Origin: Candidatus Hermodarchaeum yapensis
GTDB lineage: Archaea; Asgardarchaeota; Hermodarchaeia; Hermodarchaeales; Hermodarchaeaceae
Reading direction: 5' to 3'
Assembly: GCA_016840405.1 (NCBI GenBank)
Contig: JAEOSK010000039.1
Span: forward strand, 1-25,267
DNA length: 25,267 nt
In this document: positions 1 to 8,750 of the stretch, piece after piece
How positions within the stretch are numbered: the first letter of the stretch is position 1
Layout of the letters: the number at the start of each line of letters is the position of its first letter
Notes under the pieces: model-generated
What the model was told of the DNA's origin: nothing
Seen by the model: the letters and a program-made list of their open reading frames with translations, nothing else
Databases searched by the model: none
Made by a program: the position numbers and the translations under genes

Positions 1-1194
1 GGTGAGATTCTCTGGCTTTACTTCAACTATACCGATTGGGATGGAAGCCAAATTATTGGTGCCACGGGTAGTTATGATTGGGACTTTGGACTTGGTGCAC
101 TAGTATTCGAGAATGGTTACTACATTGCTAAAATTGACTTAACCAACGCCCAGCCTGGAGAACACCAGCTGAGAGCTTCAATAACTCGCCAAAACTATGA
201 ACGCGGCCAAATCAGTCAAATGGCTCTGACGATTATCCCTGTCCCAACTGCAATCACTGGCATGGAAACTACCTTACTTAAAAACACTGGTGAATTATTC
301 TGGATCACAGTAACACTTGAAGATACTTACCATAATCTCACAGTGAGTGATGCTACGCTTTTCATCACTGTTCCCATATTGAACATTGATGATCAAGAAA
401 TGGTCAACAATGGTGATGGAACCTACTCCTTCGGACCGATTAGCTTCCCGCTTCAGGGTCAGTGGGAAATTGCTATTCGTTCTGATCCTCCTGATATCTA
501 CACTGTAGCTCAATTCTCCATCAGTGTAGGTGTCAGCCTTGATCCCATCGTCGTACAGGGTATCCAATTGGGTCTCATCGCCGCGATTATCGGAATCATC
601 CTATTACTTGCCTGGTTAGCTTATACTCGGGTCTTCGCCATTCCGTGGCTTGTCCGGAAGATGCGAAAGATGTCCCAAACCCTCGGCAAAGGTAGAACTC
701 CTCATCTCTCCAATCGAGATGTTAACCGAATTGCTACCAGACCCGATTCCATGACCGGCATCGCTGAACCCGCCTATGATGCCATCGGCTTACCCGCCGC
801 TGCGACAGTCCTACCTGCTGCCATCACCATCGAAGAACGCGAAGCCGAAGACGAAATCATCTGGCAAGAACTCGAAAAACTCGAAGGCTTAGGCCACGAT
901 CAGAAACTCGAACTCTTCGAAGAGATGAAGCGCATTCCTGCCAAGGACCGTGTCTGGTTCCTCGAAGACCTCAAAGCCCAAATGGCCGACGGCACCCGCT
1001 TTGGCCGAATAGCCGCAGAGCCCACAGTAGTCCCCGAAGGCGTTGATCCACTCGTCCACGCCCGACTCGAAGCCCTGGAAGTCCTCGGACCCGCCGAGAA
1101 AGAAGCCGTCGTTGAACAATTACGTGGACTCTCCAAAGAGGAACAAGAAGAAGTCATCCGCGCCCTCGAAGAAACCGAGCGACAAAGCAGCTAA
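1..1194 (+). CDS. C-terminal part (5'-truncated by window) of a large Ig-like-repeat single-pass membrane protein; paralog of 1423..7170
   Basis: Frame +1 is open from base 1 (GEILWLYFNYTDWDGSQIIGA...), so ATG 220 is internal. It has two beta-sandwich-type repeats (ENGYY, NNGDGTY), a TM helix at ~562-624 (LGLIAAIIGIILLLAWLAY) and a ~190-aa charged tail that aligns with the tail of the next gene. Confidence 0.85.
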   Translation, partial: GEILWLYFNYTDWDGSQIIGATGSYDWDFGLGALVFENGYYIAKIDLTNAQPGEHQLRASITRQNYERGQISQMALTIIPVPTAITGMETTLLKNTGELFWITVTLEDTYHNLTVSDATLFITVPILNIDDQEMVNNGDGTYSFGPISFPLQGQWEIAIRSDPPDIYTVAQFSISVGVSLDPIVVQGIQLGLIAAIIGIILLLAWLAYTRVFAIPWLVRKMRKMSQTLGKGRTPHLSNRDVNRIATRPDSMTGIAEPAYDAIGLPAAATVLPAAITIEEREAEDEIIWQELEKLEGLGHDQKLELFEEMKRIPAKDRVWFLEDLKAQMADGTRFGRIAAEPTVVPEGVDPLVHARLEALEVLGPAEKEAVVEQLRGLSKEEQEEVIRALEETERQSS

Positions 1195-1206
1195 CTGCGA
1201 TAATAT

Positions 1207-1241
1207 AGGGACACAACACGTGTCCCTCTTCACTCCTTTTT
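1207..1241 (+). terminator. Hairpin plus pyrimidine/T tract, putative terminator
   Basis: AGGGACAC (1207-1214) / GTGTCCCT (1220-1227) form a perfect 8-bp stem with a 5-nt loop, followed by CTTCACTCCTTTTT just after the stop at 1194. Confidence 0.55.
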
Positions 1242-1304
1242 ATTCGAACCTAGTTAGCAAATTCGGTACAGTTTAAAGCCAAACACAATCCACAAGCCAA
1301 CCCC

Positions 1305-1327
1305 TCTAGGTTTCTCAATAACCTAGA
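1305..1327. promoter_or_regulatory. Inverted repeat upstream of the giant surface-protein gene (possible operator or hairpin)
   Basis: TCTAGGTT-N7-AACCTAGA, perfect 8-bp arms; an AT-rich TTTAAT element follows immediately. Confidence 0.3.
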
Positions 1328-1422
1328 TGTTTAATTCACAAAATGCCTATAAAACCGATTGACGAATAAAGTATATTCAACAATAGATATGGGCTATTGC
1401 GATTTCCCGGGTTAATTGTGGG

Positions 1423-4400
1423 GTGTGGTTCGTGAGAAAAGTAAAGGGAGTTCCCCTGTTAGTAGTTACATTATTCTTAACCATCGCTCTGAGTGCCATT
1501 GTTCCTAACCAATCGATAATTGCTAAAGCGTCACCAACTACGCCATATCAGGGCAGCGGAGCCATTCTCGATGTTCATGAATTTGCTCGAAACAATACCG
1601 GATCCTTCGCAGGACAAAATAGCACCACCTTCTCCTACAACAGTAGCAGGTACCCTTCAGGCTACCGTGGTTACCAACTTTCTACAAACGTATCACAAGT
1701 TCGCCGATTCACCGACCCCCTTCCCAACGGTTCCTTTGAAAATACCACAGCGTTCAGTTCAACATGGAATCTCACCAATTTAGAACCCGGGGACCCAATT
1801 ATCACATCACTTACACCCGAACTGGGTCCCAGTCCAACCGATGGACTGTATGTCATGGATATGGAGCTTCCTCATAAGAAGATGAATGGGCAACGAACGG
1901 CGTACATCGATAACGATTTCAACTATACATCGGAATTCTTCCCCGATGTTACTGAAGTACGGTTTGATATCCGACTCGAAGATATCTCAGATAAAGACTG
2001 GCTCTTCTTACGAGTGGCTATCTGGAATCAAGGATCGGAGAAGGGCGTTTGGTCATACGATCTCAAAACGTTAAAGGCTGATATTGGTGAGGATTCCTGG
2101 AGTAGCCAACAATTTTTCACATCGTCAGTGAATGGACAAATCAAACTCCGGATCACTTTGTTTAAACAAACCCCGAAAAATGAAGATGTCAAAGGTCACA
2201 TTTACTTCGATAATTTCCGTTATATCATTGGTTCTGATGTCACGCCTAGTGAAGCCGGATTAACACTAAATGGTGAACCTTTCCTTGACGCGCCTTCAGG
2301 TCCATCAGGAAGCGTCGATATTTACGCCGATGCACTCTACGGTGAGGATGTTCCTTGGGCAAATTGCTGGAGCACAGATCAGCTATTCCAATTCGCTTCA
2401 CCACTCTATAGCAACCTCACCTTCTATTACGAATATGTCATGTATGTGAAGGCTATCAACTCTAGCGTAGCTGCAACTGCGTTCTCCGCGCCGGTTGACG
2501 GAACCCCCATCTGGACCATTCAATACGCGGTACCTGGTGGGCGACCACCCACAGATTACGAAGGTTATGCATTTGGTCTTCATCTCTCCACTGGATGGGC
2601 GTGCTTCTATGCTAATGATAGCCTCGGAACGCCCGTAACCTACTCTGTTAACTCAACTAGTAATTTTGTCAAGCTAGATGAGGATGAAGCGATTTCAGGT
2701 CGAACGTATTCAATATACGCTACAGCTCAGAATTATGTTCAGACGGTGATTTTACAAAAATCAGCTACAGGAGTTGCTCCTTGGGAGAACGTGACTTCCA
2801 ATGATTTTTACGTAATTGGCGATTACCTGAGAGTTACAGCTGAATTAATGCCCTTTGAATCAGATCCTTCGAATTTTGGGAACGTTACAGTCTATTATCC
2901 TGATGGTACTCCCTGGCGGAATGATGATTCCGTGCAATTCTTTGAAAATAATGATTCTCTTGTGAGTGATGCCTGGCAGATCACTGGTTCTGACGTTGAT
3001 GATTCCATAATCGGTCAAGACTGGATTGCCACCGTGTCCTTTGATAACAGCACTCAGTGTGGTAAGCGCCAAAGTCTTTTCACGGTAGTCGTGGAAACCT
3101 CATATACGAAAATTGACCCCACCGATGGCGCAAACGTCCTTTGGGGTGACTCGGTCTATGTTGAAGTAAATTGGCAAAACAATCATACGGGTAGCCCTAT
3201 CATTGATGCATCCACAGCACGGGTTCGCTATCTCGATCGCAATCTTGTCGTCCAATACGTCACAATGACCCCAGATGGGCTAGGTAACTACAGCACTGAT
3301 GTATCAACGACTCTAATGAGTCCAGACAGAAATGCGCAAATCCATGTAGAGCTCTTCAAATACGGTTACCAAAACGCCAGCTACGCCGATGGAACACAAA
3401 TCACCTTTACGATTAATCTCATCAACAAACTCAACCTCGTCATGATAAAACCCACCCTCATTACTGGACCCAATGAATTCACCGGTGAGACCTCAGCTTT
3501 CGAAGGGTTCACCAGTATTGTCAAGTTTTATGACCCCTATCAAGGTGCATACGTCCTTGATGGATCTGGAACATGGCCCACTGTTATTGTGAATTATACA
3601 TCATACGAAGATCCTGACGGTGGACCAGCCGAGTGGAATTTTTGGGGCACAGGCTTTTTTGCTCACAATGCTAGTGAGCGAACTTTTTCGAAGGATGATT
3701 CAAGTTACGTTGGAGTTGAACGAGTTAAGTATGAAGTCTCAATGCGAATCGAAGGGGCTTCGTGGGATTTCGAACAACACAATTTCACCATAATCATTAA
3801 TATCGTCTCCTGGGCTACTGACCTTGACGCATTACACACTTCAATTGAATATCCTCCAACAGGCGATGGGTGGACGCAATTCGATCAAACATCAGATAAT
3901 TATGATGCCCACGTGTATTGGAGTGAACAGTTCAATGTCACCGTATTCTATCACCTTGCGCAAAGTACAACTGGACTCCCTGACGCTGATGAACGGAGTA
4001 TAAAAATTGGCGCCTCATCCCCCCAAAACATGAACGATATCACTGGTGGCTACTATCAATACATCATTGATACATCTTCATTGGAATTGGGATTAACGAC
4101 AATTCTTATTACTGTGACAGAACCTGGCTATGCTTCGCAGACCATTTTAATTCAGCTGTTCATTGAAGCCCGACAAACGGTGCTAACCAAGGATCAACCC
4201 GGGTCGACAGCTATAATCCCTTGGGGCAGTATCTTCAGTGTCACTTTTTCATATAATGACACGGTCGAATCTTCACCCATTCCCATTCCTGACGCAAATG
4301 TAGTAGTTGAATTCACAACAAGTTCACTTCCCTACTCAATTACAAACCATACAGATGGCACCTACACCGTTTCCTTCACCGGAAATGCTGATGAAGGAAC

Positions 4401-7170
4401 CTATTCAATCACCATCTTCTTCACTCGGGACAAATATCAATCACAAAATCAGATTTATGAACTGACAATTCGCCTCATAGCCACACAAACTATCGGGCTC
4501 GCCAACACCCCAACCGTTCCATGGGGCGACAATGCAATCATAACCCTCACGTTTACTGATATTGACAATTCGCTTGGCATTTCAAGTGCATCATTTAACT
4601 TCACATCTCATGGGATATGGCTAATTGAAGGGGTAGACTATTGGGTTACGGATCTAGGAAACGGAGACTATACTTTAACCCTAAACACTACTCAAGTTCC
4701 CAAAGGTACTCACGGATACACCTTATTCTTTACGTTCACCAAGGACCATTACCAAACATCCCAAACGGCAGTGTTCTTCCAAGTGCGAGACATTCAGACC
4801 ATCCTCTTTATCACAGATACTCCCGATGGAACGATTATTCCCTATGGTGATGTGTTCACGCTCATCCTCCAATTCAACAACACCGATCTCATACCCAGCT
4901 CCATCATCGGAGATGCAATTATTGATTGCGACTGGGATCCCGTCTTCTGGAATTACACCTACGATGCAGGTCAAGGAATCTACATCGTAATGATTCAAAC
5001 ACAAATTCGATCTGAAGGAACATACATCGTAAATCTGCAAGCAAGCAAATCCCATTATTATGATGGGAGTAATATTCAGACGTTTGTAATTCGCACTATC
5101 CAAACCTTTGCTGAAACCATTCCCAGCTTCATTGATAATATTCCCATTGGTGATAATGCAAGTTTTTACCTCCATTATGAAGACTTAGATCACCCCGGTC
5201 AATTCATTCCGTATGCAAACGTAAGCATCACCTGGGATCCTGGTTATTACTCAATTACTGATATTGGAAATGGAACCTACATTATTGAATTGAATACAAC
5301 AAGTGGTTCTGTTGGGCCTTATTCCCTTCAAGTAGATGTGGGGTTGCCTCCACATTACGATTCTCGAACAGTCTATGTTACCATCAATATCGTTACGGTA
5401 GTCCTAACCATTCAAGTTGAAGAACCAAGTACAACACAAATTGAAGCCGTATTCAACACTCAGATTATATTAACGGTTAATATCACCGATAGCCATGGCA
5501 ATCCGATTAACGATGCTATTGTAACTTACCAATGGGATCAACGCGATGCTGTAAATATGACCTGGATTGGAAATGGCCAATACACAACTTCATTTCTTGC
5601 TAATGCTACTGTGGGTCCAAATTACCAGATCGCTATTCAAGCATATCATCCGGACAAGTATATTTCTGATGTCACGAGCATATTTCTCGTCATTCAACCT
5701 ATAGAAACCAATCTTGATGAAATCACACCTATCGCTATTCAAACTGTAATCGGTGAATCCTTTATTCTTAGTGTGAATTTCACAACAGATAATGATCAAC
5801 CAATCAATGGTGCACTCATTAATTTCATCGTTCGTAATGCAAGTCAGCATCTGATGTTCAATGGGACTTTCACGTTAGTTGGCCCAGGAATTTACAATGC
5901 TACTGTTGATAGTACTGGTCTCCTATTTGGAGTTTACATGATTTATGTTGAAGCTACCAAACCGACATTGCGTACACAATTTGCTGAATTTCAAGTAACC
6001 TTGACCAGAATTCCCGTCGAAATCATTGTACCTCCTGAGCAGATTGATGTTTTTACCAACAGTCCCTTTCTAGTTCGAGTCACACTCATCGATTATTATG
6101 GTCAACCGATTTCAGATGCTAATCTTACAATTTTAATTCCCGGATTGGTTGACATAGGCGGGCTAATGTATAATCATCAAAATGGCACCTATTCATACAT
6201 CGGTAATAGTGGGTTCAATGTCCGTTTATATCAGATTTTTATTGATGCTTCGGCGCCTCAACAATACATGCCATCCGATACAGCTGAAATCATTCTAGTT
6301 GTGAGAGCTAGTCCAATAATGACTCAACTAATGGGCTATGTAGCAGTTGCAGCGATCATTATCGTGGCCGTTCTTGCTCTTTGGCTTGCATACACGCGCA
6401 TATTTTCTGTCCCCTGGATGGTACGCCGAATGCGGAAAATGTCTAAAACCCTTGGCAAAGGCGATACTCCCACCCTGTCAAAGACTGATATTATGCGAAT
6501 ATCGGATCGCCCGGATCAGCTGACTGAAATTATTAATCCCTATTATGGAGCTATTGGTGTCCGAGCTAGCACTGCTGTGCTTCCGGCGGAAATCGATTGG
6601 AAAGAAAAAGATGCGGAAGATGATGCCATCTGGGGTGAACTCAAGAACTTACCAATGCTTGAATACGAACAACGATTAGAACTCTTCCAGCAAATGAAGC
6701 AAATCGCCCCCTCTGAACGAGTGTGGTTCCTTGACGATTTGAAGAAACAAATGGCTGATACGACTCGTTTTGCCCGGAAGGTCAAAGAACCGGAAATATC
6801 CGAAGATCTTGAACAGGAACTCCAGGCGCGTTTAGCTACATTTCCTGCCTTGAGTAAGATCGAAAAAGATCGTATCGCAGCGCAATTACGCAAACTTCCC
6901 AAAGAGGAATGGGATGAAATCTTCCATACACTCGCAGCGTCCCAGAAACAACCCACACCACAAGTCGAAGTTCTTGCCCCTGACGAACTACCAAGCCTCT
7001 CTGAAGAAGAAAAGAAGCGTGTTCTTGAAGAAATTAAAGATCTGAGTGAAGAAGAACGAGAAAAGGTGCTTCGTACCCTTCGCGATAAACAATCCAAAGA
7101 TGCCCCCAAAGGAAAGGTCGTGAAAGGAAAGAAGAAATTCGTCATAGACGAATCAGAAGATGCTGAATAA
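1423..7170 (+). CDS. Giant (1915 aa) type-I membrane/surface glycoprotein: signal peptide, CBM-like jelly-roll, ~10 Ig-like repeats, TM helix, cytoplasmic helical-repeat tail
   Basis: N-terminal signal peptide (RKVKGVPLLVVTLFLTIALSA; GTG 1432 is an alternative start). A LPNGSFE...IYFDNF segment is typical of CBM4/9-like domains. About 100-aa repeats carry [VI]PWG, I.DA.V, GNG.Y and K..Y motifs, with many N-x-S/T sequons. TM at 6331-6393, then a ~258-aa charged tail. Confidence 0.88.
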   Translation: MWFVRKVKGVPLLVVTLFLTIALSAIVPNQSIIAKASPTTPYQGSGAILDVHEFARNNTGSFAGQNSTTFSYNSSRYPSGYRGYQLSTNVSQVRRFTDPLPNGSFENTTAFSSTWNLTNLEPGDPIITSLTPELGPSPTDGLYVMDMELPHKKMNGQRTAYIDNDFNYTSEFFPDVTEVRFDIRLEDISDKDWLFLRVAIWNQGSEKGVWSYDLKTLKADIGEDSWSSQQFFTSSVNGQIKLRITLFKQTPKNEDVKGHIYFDNFRYIIGSDVTPSEAGLTLNGEPFLDAPSGPSGSVDIYADALYGEDVPWANCWSTDQLFQFASPLYSNLTFYYEYVMYVKAINSSVAATAFSAPVDGTPIWTIQYAVPGGRPPTDYEGYAFGLHLSTGWACFYANDSLGTPVTYSVNSTSNFVKLDEDEAISGRTYSIYATAQNYVQTVILQKSATGVAPWENVTSNDFYVIGDYLRVTAELMPFESDPSNFGNVTVYYPDGTPWRNDDSVQFFENNDSLVSDAWQITGSDVDDSIIGQDWIATVSFDNSTQCGKRQSLFTVVVETSYTKIDPTDGANVLWGDSVYVEVNWQNNHTGSPIIDASTARVRYLDRNLVVQYVTMTPDGLGNYSTDVSTTLMSPDRNAQIHVELFKYGYQNASYADGTQITFTINLINKLNLVMIKPTLITGPNEFTGETSAFEGFTSIVKFYDPYQGAYVLDGSGTWPTVIVNYTSYEDPDGGPAEWNFWGTGFFAHNASERTFSKDDSSYVGVERVKYEVSMRIEGASWDFEQHNFTIIINIVSWATDLDALHTSIEYPPTGDGWTQFDQTSDNYDAHVYWSEQFNVTVFYHLAQSTTGLPDADERSIKIGASSPQNMNDITGGYYQYIIDTSSLELGLTTILITVTEPGYASQTILIQLFIEARQTVLTKDQPGSTAIIPWGSIFSVTFSYNDTVESSPIPIPDANVVVEFTTSSLPYSITNHTDGTYTVSFTGNADEGTYSITIFFTRDKYQSQNQIYELTIRLIATQTIGLANTPTVPWGDNAIITLTFTDIDNSLGISSASFNFTSHGIWLIEGVDYWVTDLGNGDYTLTLNTTQVPKGTHGYTLFFTFTKDHYQTSQTAVFFQVRDIQTILFITDTPDGTIIPYGDVFTLILQFNNTDLIPSSIIGDAIIDCDWDPVFWNYTYDAGQGIYIVMIQTQIRSEGTYIVNLQASKSHYYDGSNIQTFVIRTIQTFAETIPSFIDNIPIGDNASFYLHYEDLDHPGQFIPYANVSITWDPGYYSITDIGNGTYIIELNTTSGSVGPYSLQVDVGLPPHYDSRTVYVTINIVTVVLTIQVEEPSTTQIEAVFNTQIILTVNITDSHGNPINDAIVTYQWDQRDAVNMTWIGNGQYTTSFLANATVGPNYQIAIQAYHPDKYISDVTSIFLVIQPIETNLDEITPIAIQTVIGESFILSVNFTTDNDQPINGALINFIVRNASQHLMFNGTFTLVGPGIYNATVDSTGLLFGVYMIYVEATKPTLRTQFAEFQVTLTRIPVEIIVPPEQIDVFTNSPFLVRVTLIDYYGQPISDANLTILIPGLVDIGGLMYNHQNGTYSYIGNSGFNVRLYQIFIDASAPQQYMPSDTAEIILVVRASPIMTQLMGYVAVAAIIIVAVLALWLAYTRIFSVPWMVRRMRKMSKTLGKGDTPTLSKTDIMRISDRPDQLTEIINPYYGAIGVRASTAVLPAEIDWKEKDAEDDAIWGELKNLPMLEYEQRLELFQQMKQIAPSERVWFLDDLKKQMADTTRFARKVKEPEISEDLEQELQARLATFPALSKIEKDRIAAQLRKLPKEEWDEIFHTLAASQKQPTPQVEVLAPDELPSLSEEEKKRVLEEIKDLSEEEREKVLRTLRDKQSKDAPKGKVVKGKKKFVIDESEDAE

Positions 7171-7288
7171 CTCAGTTGATTCGTAATTCCCACCTATAAT
7201 TTCGCGGTTCAAACGTAATACCGGTAATACTAATAGGTGGGTTGCCCTGCCTATGTTCCGCAAGACCAGATTCTTTTGGTGGCAAAAA

Positions 7289-8056
7289 ATGGATGATTCT
7301 GATGCAAGCGAGATGATTCTGAATCTCATCAAAGAGCGCCACGCTATTCGCGATTATATAACGAATCGACCGGTCAGTGACGACCTGCTCTACAAAATCA
7401 TTGAAGCTGGGGGATATGCACCCAGTGCTGAAAACCAACAACCTTGGCGAATCATTATCGTCCGAGATCGCGCTAAACAGCGTCGAATCGGGGAAATCGC
7501 CGTGAACCGAACTATCGAGCTGTTTGGGCGCATTACTCCTCGTCAAGAACTGGAACGTCGCCTCGAATATGTAGCGGCTCTTCCCAGCCGGGAAAGAACC
7601 ATCGATTGGCTCATTACCGGTCGACGCTTTGAATATATTAAAGGAGATCCTGAAACGGATGGAGCACCAATTCTCATCGCCTTAGTCGTCGAGGCTACGC
7701 ATGTTGGGAACTCGCAACCAACACTCCGGGGAACTGGTGGCGTTTATGGTTGGAGCAGTCTCCGTCACTCCATCATTGCTGGAAGCATGTTAATGCAGAA
7801 CTGCTGGCTGGCGGCTACGGCTCTAGGACTTGGTGCATGTGTTTCCAGTGTCCAGTTAGACCACTTTGATGATGTACGGGAAATCTCTGAACTGCTAGGC
7901 ATTCCCCATCCCCACTGGGTTCCTATTATGTTCTTAGCTATCGGCTATCCCAAACACCCTCGCTTGCGGGGTCCTCCTCGTCAACTACCTGAAGAAATCA
8001 CCTACGTTGATACTTGGGGTCAAAACTGGCAACCCAAGAAAAAACCAGCCAAGTGA
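7289..8056 (+). CDS. Nitroreductase-family (FMN-binding) protein
   Basis: IKERHAIRDY, APSAENQQPW, QNCWLAATALGLG and IGYP motifs. ATG 7289 with upstream GGTGG is preferred over 7253. Confidence 0.85.
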   Translation: MDDSDASEMILNLIKERHAIRDYITNRPVSDDLLYKIIEAGGYAPSAENQQPWRIIIVRDRAKQRRIGEIAVNRTIELFGRITPRQELERRLEYVAALPSRERTIDWLITGRRFEYIKGDPETDGAPILIALVVEATHVGNSQPTLRGTGGVYGWSSLRHSIIAGSMLMQNCWLAATALGLGACVSSVQLDHFDDVREISELLGIPHPHWVPIMFLAIGYPKHPRLRGPPRQLPEEITYVDTWGQNWQPKKKPAK

Positions 8057-8074
8057 ACTGGAGTAGAATAAAAG

Positions 8075-8617
8075 ATGGACCAATTCAAAACCCTTCAAGA
8101 ATTCATTACTGCCTGGATGGACGAGTTATGGTGGAGTATGCGTGATCGCGTCGGTGCCTTATCCATAATTGAAAGTCTCCAAAACTCTTGGCTAGCCTCA
8201 GGGCGTAAAGTAGGGGAACTCGCCAAAGCTGAGGGAATGAACCTCCTGAAAACAGTTGAAACGGGCAATGCTATGTTTGGGCGTTCTGTCAAAACAACCA
8301 AGGACACGGTCATTGTCAACGCTTGTCCTATTTGGAACCGAATCCTCAAAGGGAACCTCGAATATGGTCTTCGATGTGAGGAATTCATCTGTGCACCCTA
8401 TCTAACTGGGATCAAAGAGGCTCTCGGAGGGAAGGAAGCCAGGGTGGAAACAAATCTACGTCTCAACCATGTCGCTCGAGCCCGGTTAGAATACAAGCTT
8501 TCCAAACTGAGAGCTGCAAGTAGTACAGATTCGAAGACCAAACCACAAATTGATGAACTCGAAAAACAACTGGCCAACTTGCCAAAAGAACCCGCATGCA
8601 TTTTCCAAGTCAAATAA
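8075..8617 (+). CDS. V4R/MetOD1/DUF6125-like protein with four Cys and a helical insertion
   Basis: N-terminal helices with W...G+K.G, then VIVNACP...RCEEFIC...G...ALG and a terminal ACIFQVK strand, the Cys pattern of the V4R-like fold. Confidence 0.55.
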   Translation: MDQFKTLQEFITAWMDELWWSMRDRVGALSIIESLQNSWLASGRKVGELAKAEGMNLLKTVETGNAMFGRSVKTTKDTVIVNACPIWNRILKGNLEYGLRCEEFICAPYLTGIKEALGGKEARVETNLRLNHVARARLEYKLSKLRAASSTDSKTKPQIDELEKQLANLPKEPACIFQVK

Positions 8618-8618
8618 C

Positions 8619-8661
8619 GGGTCTCTCAAAGGGAGATTCTTCTTCTCCCTATAATAAGACC
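8619..8661 (+). terminator. Stem-loop directly after the V4R-like gene
   Basis: AGGGAGA (8630-8636) / TCTCCCT (8644-8650), with outer GGTCT/AGACC pairing. Confidence 0.35.
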
Positions 8662-8750
8662 AAGCTTGCAATCCTGTTACAAATTGCGAATCTTCTTTAA
8701 GTAAAACACACTAGAGTCGTGCACTAACTACTGGTGTTCTCTACCACTCG

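Noticed and set aside
220-222. ATG 220 as the start of a 324-aa protein
   Set aside because: The frame is open and Ig-repeat-like from base 1; the gene begins upstream of the window.
622-633. YTRV/YTRI as a YxxPhi endocytic motif in both surface proteins
   Set aside because: The Tyr sits at the membrane boundary, where aromatic and basic residues are expected anyway, and is too close to the bilayer for adaptor binding.
6543-7193. 216-aa minus-strand ORF, and other antisense or alternate-frame ORFs in the track (e.g. 900..1157, 4723..5175, 14092..14511, 19003..19467, 19747..20250)
   Set aside because: They lie within well-supported genes, show Ser/Phe-rich mirror composition and have no motifs; these are shadow ORFs.
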